NCBI GenBank assembly: GCA_002435905.1
Contig: DIWW01000024.1
Location: forward strand, 293 to 64,292
Direction: 5' to 3'
Length of the DNA: 64,000 bases
Source: Peptococcaceae bacterium UBA6096
GTDB lineage: Bacteria > Bacillota > Peptococcia > DRI-13 > UBA5745
Part shown: positions 27,268 to 37,219 of the stretch, in pieces
Position numbering within the stretch: the first letter of the stretch is position 1
How the letters are laid out: every line of letters starts with the position of its first letter
The notes under the pieces: model-generated
Told to the model about the DNA's origin: nothing
Seen by the model: only the letters and a program-made list of their open reading frames with translations
Database searches by the model: none
Position numbers and translations under genes: made by a program

Positions 27268-30200
27268 TCAATGAACATTTTTTAGCTTTCGGTGGCTTTC
27301 TGGAATCAGATCTTTGAGTTTTGCGGTGGCCACACCAATGACCGTATCCGCTCCGCCATAGTAAACTAGGATTTCGTCCTCTTCGTCGAGCATGGCTTTG
27401 TGGTCGGAAGACACCGCGCCGCAGGTAAATACCACGTTTGGAACCCAGCTTTTACCCGTCGCACCGATCTCGTAGGAGGTTTCCGGTTCTAAAATAGGGT
27501 TGGGTGAGCGGTACAGAAGCTGTTCAGGATCATCCAGGGCTGTAAGGAAAATCCCTAAACGGTAGGTGAAGGCATAATCTACTCCGTGATAAATGTGAAG
27601 CCATCCGAATTTGGTTTTCAGAGGCGGCGCCCCGGCGCCGATTTTAACCGCATCCCAAATCATACCGGAGCGGGTGCCCATGATGATTTTATGGCCTTCC
27701 CGGGGCCAGGGGGTTTCGAAATTATTGGAATAGGTGATCCATATGCTCGGTGCGATCCGGTGATAGAGTGCAAGCTTCCCGTTGAAGCGTTCCGGGAAAA
27801 GGATCGCGTCTTTGTTGGAAAGGCCGGGGAACAGAAGACCATGACGACGCCATTCTGTCCAATTGTGGGCAAGCATATCTTCTTCTGAAATCGAGGCCAG
27901 GGCGATTTGCGGCGTAACGCCATCATAAGCCGTATAAAGCATGTAAATGCGGCCGCCCATTTCCACCAAACGCGGATCTTCACAACCCTTTTTTTCACTT
28001 TCATTGGCTGGGCTAAAGACTGGGGCGGAAAAACGTTCCTTCACTTGCAGTCCGTTTTCGCTGATGGCCAGGCCAATCCGGGAGATCCCGTCATCACCAA
28101 CCGCCCGATAGAAAATGTAGACGTTTTCACGCACACGGATCGCGCCGCAATTCAGCACATATTTGTTTTCCCAATCATGATCTGCTAAGGGTGCCAAGAT
28201 CGGATTGAAGGGTGAACGGATAAGCTGACCGGCCAAGGGGAAAACCTTATCCAATTTATGGTCAATGACAAGATTCGTGTCAACAGGGGTCGCCCCAAGA
28301 TACAGAGCGGACAAGTCCGCATTTTCTTTATTTTGTCCCATAAGCGCAACGATGATGGGCAGAATATCTTCACGGCTTCCCACAACCTGTTCGTAAAGAC
28401 GGCCGAAAAGTTCACCGCTAAACCAGCGCCTTTCGACCAGCAAGGATAAGGGGGTGGGGATGCCTTTTCCTCCTTTGAAGCTATAGCTTGCCCAACTCCA
28501 CATACAGCAGGTGGTGAAGACACCGTCTGGCAAAGTGAGCCCGAGATGATAAGCTTTTGCCATGCGAATCAAATGTTCTTTTGCCTGATCCACCAGGGGG
28601 CCGGAAAGCTCCCAATCCTCTTGGGCGATTTCCAGGAGTTTGTCCCGCAATTGAGTTTGTTGAATATGCTCAAAGAGGCTATGCGCGGAGAAAACGCCAA
28701 CACTCCAGATGCTTTCGATCGAATTGATGACCCGCTCGGCAAACTCTTCGGCAGCATATTCTTGGATATAGGAATCCCAAATTCGACCATATTCCACGGA
28801 CTTTATGATTTGTTTCAAAATAGCGGTAAGAAAATGGGTTTTAGGAAATTCGCCGCCGCTGCCTTCCCTGAGGTTGCTGATGACCACCCGACTGGTGAGA
28901 TGATCCAGTGAAGAGGACTCTTGCATGCTGGCCAGGGTCGGAAAATCAGCGTAATCCACCACAATGGGAAGGATGGGAGACATTTCAAAATCCTCCGGGG
29001 TAAGGTTCTCTTGGAGCCACTGTGTATTTCCGGTGCTGTACCGGCTTGTTTCAGACCAGAACGTAAGGGCCATGACATCCAGCGGGTTATGATGCGCTAA
29101 AAGCTCCTCCTCATCATGATAACCCCAGAGGATAATCAAATTCCGCGGAGGGTTTTTATGGATCAGGCGGGAAGCGGCTTCTTCCTTGAGTGACATGCTT
29201 TGTGGAGAAGGAAAGAGACGGAAAATCTTCTCGGCAATCCGCTTGACACCCTCCTTCGAATGGAGACTGCCCGGAATCAAGAACTTGTCCATATCTTCTT
29301 CCAAGCGGGTCATCAGACCGCGGATGCCCTGTCCTACTTTGACTGAACCGTCTTTTGGAATTAATTGAAGGTTTTCCTTGATAAAGGCTTTGAAATCCTC
29401 GGTGTATTCTTTGAGGAGTCTTTCATAGAAACCGTAAACGTGGGCACTGTTTCCTGAGGGACCTCTGACCACATGGGGCAGCATGATGGGAACCTCGGGG
29501 ATGTATTCCCAATAAGATATTTCCGGCAGGAAAGGCTGAAGCTGTTCTTTGTGGTGCAGCCAATGCTCCAGGAAGGAAGATTTCCGAATGATGAAAGCAT
29601 CCACCTGGGCTTCGAGATTGGCTCGGGTTTTGAGCGGACAAGCGGCATAATGAGCGGGGTCCTGATTTAGACTGCAGGGGATATTATCGGCAATTTCCTG
29701 GAAGTACCCTACCAAGCGGCCTTCAAAGAGTGCTGCAAGGCTGTTGATCAAATCATCCTTCGCCAATTCCGGGATGAAATGATAGGCGACGATGGTTTCA
29801 TAGACCAAATGAGCCCAAAGCCCGGCTGGAAAGACAAAGCCTTCATGACTGGCAGCTGCCCCTTTCACGATTTGCGCCAATTGAGTGCGGGTTTGTTCAG
29901 AAAAAACCCGGGACCAGACCGCTTCGTAATATCGATCGTATCCTCGCTGGAATTGAACTAAATGAGGGCGGACATCCATGATGACATCTTTAGGAAAGAG
30001 ATCCTCCCGAGGGCCGATCAATAAGGCTGAACGGACTGCCTGAGGAGAATCCATCCATACGGTTTGATTTTTACCAAGAAAATCAAACAGAACCGTGGCT
30101 GCTTGGTTGAAAAGATAGTCTGTTCCGACGGACTGGGAAGCGCGAGGTATAACGCCGAGATAGACTTCGGCAACTTGCGCTTTCATCTCTAGGATCCGGG

Positions 30201-30915
30201 CAACCAGCCAGTAATGGATGCCACATTCATAGACCTGATCGCCATTATGGGACAATTCGGTGGTCAACGTTGTCAGAAGCTGATGGGAAATCGCCATTCC
30301 GGCATTCAGGCCGCTCCGCAATTCCACATTGTATAAGGAAGCTAATAGTGGAAAAACAAAATGAAAATCGATGCTGCTGGTTGGATGGAGCATCTTGAAT
30401 CGAGGCAAAACAAATTGAACATCCTCATCTTTTATGGGCTGATACAAAATTTTTACCCAGTCCGGTGCGAAGCCTTCCGTAATGATTGAATCTGGTCCGG
30501 GCAAAAGATTTGTTTCAGTGATGAGCAGATCGGCGGACAGTTTACGTGCGATATCCATGAGTCCCCGGTAAGCCCATCCATGGCAGGCAAGGGACTTATC
30601 CAGCTGCGTGAAAATGATCCGATCCTTCCTGTTGGATTGGCAAGCGTTGATGGTCCGGGTCAGGGAACGGGAAGGACTGACCATGCAAATGATTAAAAGA
30701 TTCAATTCCGGGTAGTAAGTTTCCAGGCCGGATTCCAAAATGGAAAGGAGGGCATTAAGTTCTTTGCTGGTCGATGAAAAAGGGATACCGATCACCAAAT
30801 CGAATCGACCCATGGCTGCGACCCGCTTGAGTGTTTCAGAAATAGATTGTTGATACTTGGCTTCGATCTCGGTCAATTTCAACACCTCGCATTGCAAATG
30901 CCTTTTTATTTTCAC
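27268..30915 (-). CDS. Giant cytoplasmic fusion protein: ~830-aa uncharacterised N-terminal region (possible GT-A-like start) plus C-terminal GH130 beta-mannoside phosphorylase/glycosidase domain
   Basis: The C-terminal ~350 aa carry GH130 hallmarks (NCGAI.., GCEDPRLVEMGGRIYMLYTAYDG, NKDAILFPERFNGKLALYHR, WLHIYHGV, VVFTCG). No signal peptide. The start is uncertain: GTG 30915 per the track, or TTG 30876, which lies 6 nt after GAGGTG. Confidence 0.8.
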   Translation of the reverse strand: MKIKRHLQCEVLKLTEIEAKYQQSISETLKRVAAMGRFDLVIGIPFSSTSKELNALLSILESGLETYYPELNLLIICMVSPSRSLTRTINACQSNRKDRIIFTQLDKSLACHGWAYRGLMDIARKLSADLLITETNLLPGPDSIITEGFAPDWVKILYQPIKDEDVQFVLPRFKMLHPTSSIDFHFVFPLLASLYNVELRSGLNAGMAISHQLLTTLTTELSHNGDQVYECGIHYWLVARILEMKAQVAEVYLGVIPRASQSVGTDYLFNQAATVLFDFLGKNQTVWMDSPQAVRSALLIGPREDLFPKDVIMDVRPHLVQFQRGYDRYYEAVWSRVFSEQTRTQLAQIVKGAAASHEGFVFPAGLWAHLVYETIVAYHFIPELAKDDLINSLAALFEGRLVGYFQEIADNIPCSLNQDPAHYAACPLKTRANLEAQVDAFIIRKSSFLEHWLHHKEQLQPFLPEISYWEYIPEVPIMLPHVVRGPSGNSAHVYGFYERLLKEYTEDFKAFIKENLQLIPKDGSVKVGQGIRGLMTRLEEDMDKFLIPGSLHSKEGVKRIAEKIFRLFPSPQSMSLKEEAASRLIHKNPPRNLIILWGYHDEEELLAHHNPLDVMALTFWSETSRYSTGNTQWLQENLTPEDFEMSPILPIVVDYADFPTLASMQESSSLDHLTSRVVISNLREGSGGEFPKTHFLTAILKQIIKSVEYGRIWDSYIQEYAAEEFAERVINSIESIWSVGVFSAHSLFEHIQQTQLRDKLLEIAQEDWELSGPLVDQAKEHLIRMAKAYHLGLTLPDGVFTTCCMWSWASYSFKGGKGIPTPLSLLVERRWFSGELFGRLYEQVVGSREDILPIIVALMGQNKENADLSALYLGATPVDTNLVIDHKLDKVFPLAGQLIRSPFNPILAPLADHDWENKYVLNCGAIRVRENVYIFYRAVGDDGISRIGLAISENGLQVKERFSAPVFSPANESEKKGCEDPRLVEMGGRIYMLYTAYDGVTPQIALASISEEDMLAHNWTEWRRHGLLFPGLSNKDAILFPERFNGKLALYHRIAPSIWITYSNNFETPWPREGHKIIMGTRSGMIWDAVKIGAGAPPLKTKFGWLHIYHGVDYAFTYRLGIFLTALDDPEQLLYRSPNPILEPETSYEIGATGKSWVPNVVFTCGAVSSDHKAMLDEEDEILVYYGGADTVIGVATAKLKDLIPESHRKLKNVH

Positions 30916-31061
30916 TAAATCTATTAAAAATCAACACACATCCTCTATATTGTAGCATTTCCATCTTAACCTTACTACAAATAGGGTGAATATTTTACAG
31001 AAATCAGAATATTATGTATAATTAAAAGACACACATCGTCTGGACAAAGGAGGGCTGGAGC

Positions 31062-33347
31062 ATGACGCTGGAACAGACAGGCACCCGCGAAGTAAAAAAA
31101 AGACTGCAGATTGTTATTGTCAGTAGTGTGCTGCCCCGTCAGTGCGGTATTGCTACTTTTTCCAGCAATGTAAGTCGTGGCCTTGAGCGCCTGCTCGGCA
31201 GGGAAGCCACCTCTTTCATTGCCATAAATAACAATGAAACCTACCTGTATCCTTCCAAAGTCACCTTTCAGGTGGAGCAGGATCGGCTGGAGGACTATTG
31301 GGCGGCTGCTTGCCACATCAATCAATCCGCGGTGGACATGGTTTCTCTGCAGCACGAGTATGGTCTGTATGGAGGGCCCGATGGGAATTATATTGTTGAT
31401 TTTCTCAGCCGGCTGGAAAAACCCGTCGTAACCACCATGCACACCGTCTTGGAAAAACCGACGCAAGGCCAGTATAAGACCCTGGTTGAAGTGGCAGCCT
31501 TCTCAAAAGCCGTCATTGTGATGAATCCGCTGGCCATTAAAATTCTCACGGAGGTGTATGACATCCCGGCCTTTAAGATACTCCTGGTACCCCATGGGGT
31601 GCCGGATGTTCCCTATATCGATCCAGTGTACTACAAGCATAAGCTGAACATTATGGAGCGGTTTGTCATTTTGACCTTTGGTTTTCTCAGCCGGAACAAA
31701 GGAATCGAGACAGCCTTGGAAGCCCTGAGCCACGTTGTAAAAGCCCATCCCAATGTTTTGTACATTGTCTTGGGGGTTACCCACCCCGTAGTAAGGAAGC
31801 AACAGGGGGAAGTATATCGGGAGAGCCTGATCAATCAGGTGGACGAATATCAGCTTCAGGATAATGTCCGCTTTATCAATGAATTTGTGGATGATGAGAC
31901 CTTGGATATCTATCTGGGCGCGGCGGATCTGGTAATTTGTCCGTATCAATCCGAAGCCCAGATCACCAGTGGCGTGCTGAGCCTTTCCTTAGGAAAAGGG
32001 AAAGCCATTCTATCCACGCCTTATCTCCATGCGCGTGAAGCCTTGGCTGATGGCAGGGGGCGATTGGTCAACTTTCAAGACCCCTTGGGAATGGGGAAAG
32101 CCATTCAGGAATTGATCGAAGCGCCCGACGAACGTCTTGCAATGGCTGGCCAGGCATATGTCGCCGGCCAGAAAATGACGTGGGATAAAGTATCACGGCA
32201 ATATATAGATATCTTCGAAATGGAAATGGAAAAGGGCACCATCGGCAGGAGCCGTCAAGTGCGTGAATACACACTGCCCAACATCAATATAAATTATTTG
32301 AAGGAACTGACCGATGATACCGGGATCATCCAACATACGTTTTATGGCATTCCTGACTACACCAAGGACTATTCCGCGGATGACGCTGCCCGGGCCATGG
32401 TGGCTTTTTCGCAATACTATAATCTATTCAGGGATGAGTCCGTATTGAAGTTGATGGATAAATATATGGCGTTCATTATCTATGCGCGGCGAAACGATGG
32501 CTGGTTTTATAATTATATGAACTATCAAAAAGAATTTCCACAACAGGAAACCAGCCAAGATACGTTTGGCCGCTGTCTTTGGGGACTGGGCGCTGCCGCA
32601 CGTTTGGTGAAGAACCGGGCACCTGGGCTTTTAGCGAGAACCATGGTGGAAGAGAGTCTGCCCATGCTGGAAAAACTGACCTATACCCGGGCCCAAGCCT
32701 ATGCGGCGTGTGGATTGGCATCCTATCTGGTGCTTCGTCCTGACGATGAGCGCGCCGGGAGGGGGATGAAACGATTGGGCGATGCCCTTCTGGAAAGGTA
32801 TCAAAAAAATGCGGATGGAACCTGGAAATGGTTTGAAGATTTCCTTTCCTATGACAATGCCCGTCTGCCCCAGGCGCTTCTTTTGGCATACCGCCATCTG
32901 CGGGATCCAGAGTATCTGAAGTGCGGCATGGAAGCGCTGGATTTCCTGATCGATGTCCAATATCAGGAGGGTTACTTTGACATGATCGGAAACCAGGGCT
33001 GGTATTACAAGGGCAAAGAAAAGGCTTTATACTGCCAGCAGCCTCTGGACGCCGGCGCTTTGACGGAAGCCTGCATTCTGGCCAGAGCCCTGACCGGAAA
33101 TGAAAAATATCTTGAAATGGCCTATGCGGCATTTCAGTGGTATTTAGGAAGAAACCGTTTGGGGAAGACCCTTTATAATCCCAACAGCGGGGCGTGCGCC
33201 GATGGCTTAGGCATGGAGGGACCCAGTCACAACCAGGGTGCAGAGTCGACGGTTTCGTTTGTGTTGGCCTTGGTATCCATGTATCGGTGGGAATTGATCA
33301 GCCGCTTTTATTACAAGGATCCGATTGAGAATGAAAAGGCGAGATAA
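31062..33347 (+). CDS. Fusion protein: N-terminal GT4 (group 1) glycosyltransferase plus ~360-aa C-terminal all-helical (alpha/alpha-barrel-like) domain of unknown function
   Basis: GT4-like region (FGFLSRNKGIETALEAL.., ..ICPYQSEAQITSGVLSLSLGKGKAILST). The C-terminal region is rich in W/Y helices (..FGRCLWGLGAAA.., ..YDNARLPQALLLAY.., ..NQGAESTVSFVLAL). AAGGAGG RBS; no signal peptide. Confidence 0.8.
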   Translation: MTLEQTGTREVKKRLQIVIVSSVLPRQCGIATFSSNVSRGLERLLGREATSFIAINNNETYLYPSKVTFQVEQDRLEDYWAAACHINQSAVDMVSLQHEYGLYGGPDGNYIVDFLSRLEKPVVTTMHTVLEKPTQGQYKTLVEVAAFSKAVIVMNPLAIKILTEVYDIPAFKILLVPHGVPDVPYIDPVYYKHKLNIMERFVILTFGFLSRNKGIETALEALSHVVKAHPNVLYIVLGVTHPVVRKQQGEVYRESLINQVDEYQLQDNVRFINEFVDDETLDIYLGAADLVICPYQSEAQITSGVLSLSLGKGKAILSTPYLHAREALADGRGRLVNFQDPLGMGKAIQELIEAPDERLAMAGQAYVAGQKMTWDKVSRQYIDIFEMEMEKGTIGRSRQVREYTLPNININYLKELTDDTGIIQHTFYGIPDYTKDYSADDAARAMVAFSQYYNLFRDESVLKLMDKYMAFIIYARRNDGWFYNYMNYQKEFPQQETSQDTFGRCLWGLGAAARLVKNRAPGLLARTMVEESLPMLEKLTYTRAQAYAACGLASYLVLRPDDERAGRGMKRLGDALLERYQKNADGTWKWFEDFLSYDNARLPQALLLAYRHLRDPEYLKCGMEALDFLIDVQYQEGYFDMIGNQGWYYKGKEKALYCQQPLDAGALTEACILARALTGNEKYLEMAYAAFQWYLGRNRLGKTLYNPNSGACADGLGMEGPSHNQGAESTVSFVLALVSMYRWELISRFYYKDPIENEKAR

Positions 33348-33360
33348 AGGATGTGAAAAA

Positions 33361-33732
33361 ATGAGCAGCGAAAGGGAATTTCTGGAAACTGCCACCCCTC
33401 CTTGGGGAAAATGGGAAGTGATGCTTGATCAGCCTGGTTATAAAGTCAAGCGGATCACGGTGGATCCTGGACAACAACTTAGTTATCAAAAGCACACCCA
33501 GCGACGGGAGCATTGGGTGGCGGTTTTGGGGGAAGGACTTGTTCTTCTCGAGGGGAAAGAGCACATCCTCGTGGTGGGAGATTCGATCGATGTTCCTGCG
33601 GGGATGCTCCATCGAGTCACCAATCCGGGGTCGGCGCCCTTCATATTCATTGAAGTGCAGATAGGAAGTTATCTGGGCGAAGATGATATTGTACGCATCG
33701 AGAACCATTACGGCCGGGCATCGGGCGGATGA
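33361..33732 (+). CDS. Cupin protein of the type II phosphomannose isomerase C-terminal domain family
   Basis: PWGKWEV...YKVKRITVDPGQQLSYQKHTQRREHWVAV.G.....IDVPAGMLHRVTNPG..PFIFIEVQIGSYLGEDDIVRIENHYGR. Confidence 0.75.
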   Translation: MSSEREFLETATPPWGKWEVMLDQPGYKVKRITVDPGQQLSYQKHTQRREHWVAVLGEGLVLLEGKEHILVVGDSIDVPAGMLHRVTNPGSAPFIFIEVQIGSYLGEDDIVRIENHYGRASGG

Positions 33733-33750
33733 TTCGGAAGGAGTGATCCA

Positions 33751-34824
33751 GTGAACCGCTATGCAGTGATCATGGCAGGCGGCAGGGGGGAGCGTTTCTG
33801 GCCTGAAAGCCGAACCGCTAAACCAAAACAGTTTCTGACGCTTGTGGGAGACCGTTCTCTCATCCAACAATCCTATGATCGAATTTTACCCTTGATTCCA
33901 GCTGAAAATATTTTTATTGTTTTGGGTAAACAGCACCTGGCTCTGGCGAAAGAGCAACTCCCGGAGATTCCCCCAGAGAATTTTCTGGTTGAACCTGTGG
34001 GGCGTAATACAGCACCCTGTATTGGTCTGGCTGCCATCCATATCCGGAGGCGGGACCCGGAGGGGGTTATGCTGGTGTTCCCGTCGGATCATATGATTAT
34101 GGGAGCCACAGATTATCATCAGTGTCTGGAAAAGGCTTTTCACTGGGCAGTCAAAGAAAATTGTCTGGTAACCATCGGGATCAAACCCAGCCGTCCGGAA
34201 ACAGGGTATGGTTATATCGAAAGAGAAGGTGATGGACTGGATACCGGTCCATCTGTATTTCCTGTGCGGCGTTTTGTGGAAAAACCTGATCCGGAGCGGG
34301 CTTGGGAATTTGTTCAGGCAGGCTGTTTTTACTGGAACAGCGGTATATTCATCTGGAAAGCCCACGTGATTTTGGAGCGCATCAAAGAACATATTCCGGA
34401 GCTGGCTGCCGGTTTAGATAGGATCGATCCATCCATCGGGAGCTCGCAGTATGATGAGGTGCTTGGCCAGGTCTTCCCGAATATGCCGTCGATTTCTGTG
34501 GATTTCGGAATTATGGAAAAAAGCCCGGAGATCCTCATGGTGCAAGGGGATTTTGGGTGGGACGATCTGGGAAGTTGGGGTGCCCTGGACAGGATTGCCC
34601 TGAGGGATGAGCGAGGGATGAAAATACAGGGGGATTTTGTGGGCTATGATAATGACGATTGCCTTATTTATGGACAAGAGGGACTTATTGCTGCCTTGGG
34701 TGTTCAGAACTTGATCATCGTTCGGTCCGGCGAGGTGGTCATGGTCTGTGACAAAGAGCGGTCACAGGAAGTCCGGGAACTGGTCAGACTCTGCAAAGAG
34801 AAGCATCTGGAACAATATCTTTAG
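33751..34824 (+). CDS. manC: Mannose-1-phosphate guanylyltransferase (nucleotidyltransferase domain only)
   Basis: AVIMAGGRGERFWPESRTAKPKQFL, ..EPVGRNTAPCIGLAA.., ..GYGYIE. GTG start 7 nt after GGAAGGAG. Confidence 0.85.
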   Translation: MNRYAVIMAGGRGERFWPESRTAKPKQFLTLVGDRSLIQQSYDRILPLIPAENIFIVLGKQHLALAKEQLPEIPPENFLVEPVGRNTAPCIGLAAIHIRRRDPEGVMLVFPSDHMIMGATDYHQCLEKAFHWAVKENCLVTIGIKPSRPETGYGYIEREGDGLDTGPSVFPVRRFVEKPDPERAWEFVQAGCFYWNSGIFIWKAHVILERIKEHIPELAAGLDRIDPSIGSSQYDEVLGQVFPNMPSISVDFGIMEKSPEILMVQGDFGWDDLGSWGALDRIALRDERGMKIQGDFVGYDNDDCLIYGQEGLIAALGVQNLIIVRSGEVVMVCDKERSQEVRELVRLCKEKHLEQYL

Positions 34825-34844
34825 TCATGTTTGGAGGTGACGGC

Positions 34845-36572
34845 ATGACCTATTTTGATGAATACAAGCGCTGGCGAGGGTATGAGGCGATGGATCCAGA
34901 CCTGAAGCAGGAGCTGGATTCCATTGAGAATATAGAGAAGGAGATCCAGGATCGTTTTGATCGAAGCTTGAATTTTGGCACCGGCGGCATTCGTGGGCGT
35001 ATGGGCGCCGGGCCGGGACGGATCAATATTTACCTGATCCGCCAAGCCACCTTAGGGTTGGCCCGATATTTGAAAACAGTCCATCCAGATAAAAAGCACC
35101 TATCCGTATGCATCGCCTTCGATACCCGTAAAAATTCGGCCAGGTTCGCCCAGGAAACAGCAGGGGTTTTGGCTTATGAAGGGATTCAGGCGCGGCTGTT
35201 CCCGCAACCAACACCCACCCCAGTGCTCTCTTTTGCTGTAAGGGAACTGGGGGCGGATGCCGGTGTCGTTATTACCGCCAGCCACAACCCCCCTTCAGAT
35301 AACGGATATAAAGTGTATGGCCCGGATGGTGGTCAGATCACCGATGGCTTTGCCAAGGCCGTCATGGCTCAAATTGCTGCGGTAACCGATGAATTGGCTG
35401 TGCCCGTCGCAGAGCTTGCCGAAGCCGAAGGAAAAGGATTGATCCGTTGGGTGGATCCGGAAGTGGAAGAAAAGTACCTTGAACAGGTGTGTGCAATCAG
35501 CCTGAGAAAAGGCTGGGGGGCGGAAAAGACACTGCCCGTCCGGGTGGTCTATACGCCGCTTCATGGGACCGGCGCTCGTTTTGGGCTTGAAATCCTGAAA
35601 CGCAGCGGTATGATGAATGTTTATCCGGTCCCTGAGCAAATGATTATGGATCCGGCCTGTCCGACCGTGAAATATCCGAATCCTGAAGACTTTGATGTCT
35701 ATGATTTAGCTATTCAGCTCGGCATCAAAGAGGGCGCCGATCTTTTGCTGGCGACGGATCTGGATGGGGATCGACTGGGGGCGGTGGTTCGAAATAAAGA
35801 GGGGGACTATGTGCCGCTGACAGGCAATCAGTTGGGCTGTCTGATGCTTGACTATCTATTGTCCCAGCGCAGGAAGAACGGGACGCTTCCGCCAAATGGC
35901 ATGATGGTGCAAACGGTTGTGACCTCCGGGTTGGGGAAAGCCATTGCCTCCGCCTACGGCATCGAGACGGTGGAGACCCTGACGGGGTTTAAATACATCG
36001 GAGAAGTCATTAAAGAGCGAGGCGATACCCACAGAAACGTGTTCCTTTTCGGTTATGAGGAAAGCCATGGCTATCTAGCCGGCGACTTTGTCAGGGATAA
36101 GGATGCGTTTCAAGCCATTCTCCTGGCAGCGGAAATCACTGCCTTTCATCAATCTCGAGGCAATTCGTTGTTGGAGGCGCTGGAAGCCATCTACAAGCGG
36201 TTTGGATATTTTAGGGAGGACCTCATCAATATCAATCTGCCTTCGGGTGACATGACCCGCGTGGAAGGCATCATGGGCCGTTTCCGTCAAGAAGAAATCA
36301 AAGGGTTGGGGGGAAGCCCGGTTGTAACGGTTTTTGATTATCTCTATCGGACAGAAAAGAATATGTCTGACGGGAAGACCCGTGAAGTCATGCTCCCATC
36401 CAACAATTCCTTGAAGTATGTCGCCCTGGATGGCTCCTGGTTTTGCATTCGACCCTCAGGAACCGAACCAAAAATGAAGCTCTATGTTGGCGTTGTCGGC
36501 GCCGATCAAGAGGATTCTCAGAAAAAAATGCTCGCTTTGCGAAATGAAATTGTCCAGTTGATCGGAATATGA
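34845..36572 (+). CDS. Phosphohexomutase (phosphomannomutase/phosphoglucomutase, PgcA-like long form)
   Basis: Active-site loop TASHNPPSDNGYKVY, metal loop TDLDGDRLG, sugar loop GYEESHGY, C-terminal RPSGTEPK. Confidence 0.9.
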   Translation: MTYFDEYKRWRGYEAMDPDLKQELDSIENIEKEIQDRFDRSLNFGTGGIRGRMGAGPGRINIYLIRQATLGLARYLKTVHPDKKHLSVCIAFDTRKNSARFAQETAGVLAYEGIQARLFPQPTPTPVLSFAVRELGADAGVVITASHNPPSDNGYKVYGPDGGQITDGFAKAVMAQIAAVTDELAVPVAELAEAEGKGLIRWVDPEVEEKYLEQVCAISLRKGWGAEKTLPVRVVYTPLHGTGARFGLEILKRSGMMNVYPVPEQMIMDPACPTVKYPNPEDFDVYDLAIQLGIKEGADLLLATDLDGDRLGAVVRNKEGDYVPLTGNQLGCLMLDYLLSQRRKNGTLPPNGMMVQTVVTSGLGKAIASAYGIETVETLTGFKYIGEVIKERGDTHRNVFLFGYEESHGYLAGDFVRDKDAFQAILLAAEITAFHQSRGNSLLEALEAIYKRFGYFREDLININLPSGDMTRVEGIMGRFRQEEIKGLGGSPVVTVFDYLYRTEKNMSDGKTREVMLPSNNSLKYVALDGSWFCIRPSGTEPKMKLYVGVVGADQEDSQKKMLALRNEIVQLIGI

Positions 36573-36611
36573 GAATCGCTCAAGTTATTCCATGAAACGT
36601 TTTAGCAATGC

Positions 36612-36658
36612 AAAAGGCTCCACCGCTGATCAACAGGCAGGATGGAGCCTTTCATTTG
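36612..36658 (+). terminator. Rho-independent terminator
   Basis: AAAGGCTCCA...TGGAGCCTTT stem followed by a T-rich tail. Confidence 0.65.
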
Positions 36659-36749
36659 ATGGACATAAAATATAATAGAATGATTTCGGTGATCCAATCA
36701 ACATGTCCATTTTTAAGTCAATAGCATTTCATGATGTTCAAGGAAGAGA

Positions 36750-36941
36750 CTACTTCTTTTTGTTCGTGTTCATCCCAAACATAGAATATATAGGACAAAA
36801 CCCAGTCAAAGCCGTTAGCAAAGGTACGAATCCGATGAGGGCCAAATACCTTAAATTACCCTGGAGTAAAAAGTATAGACTAAATAATACCAAACTTAAA
36901 ATGATACGAATGATTTTGTCTGTGCTTCCAACATTTTTCAT
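36750..36941 (-). CDS. DUF2892 (YgaP-like) small membrane protein
   Basis: MKNVGSTDKIIRIILSLVL...LIGFVPLLTALTGFCPIYSMFG. GAGGAGG 8 nt upstream of ATG 36941. Confidence 0.7.
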   Translation of the reverse strand: MKNVGSTDKIIRIILSLVLFSLYFLLQGNLRYLALIGFVPLLTALTGFCPIYSMFGMNTNKKK

Positions 36942-37219
36942 ACATGAAACCTCCTCATATTTATCTTTCCAAGTGTAACATATCATGAATAGTTTGAAAA
37001 TTCAATATAATTCCAAGGTGTCATTGACTCGATCACTGTCAAAAACCGATGATCGATCGTTTCTCTTTTGCAAACTCGATAATAAATCAGCAGAAGTGGG
37101 AATCTTATTATCAGAAAAATCAGATAATAAGAAGGATTTATGGTATAATTATAAAATAGGGGTCGGTCGCCCTGCTCAGAGAAAAATTTGTTAATTCAGC
37201 ATTAAAAGGAGATGTTTGT

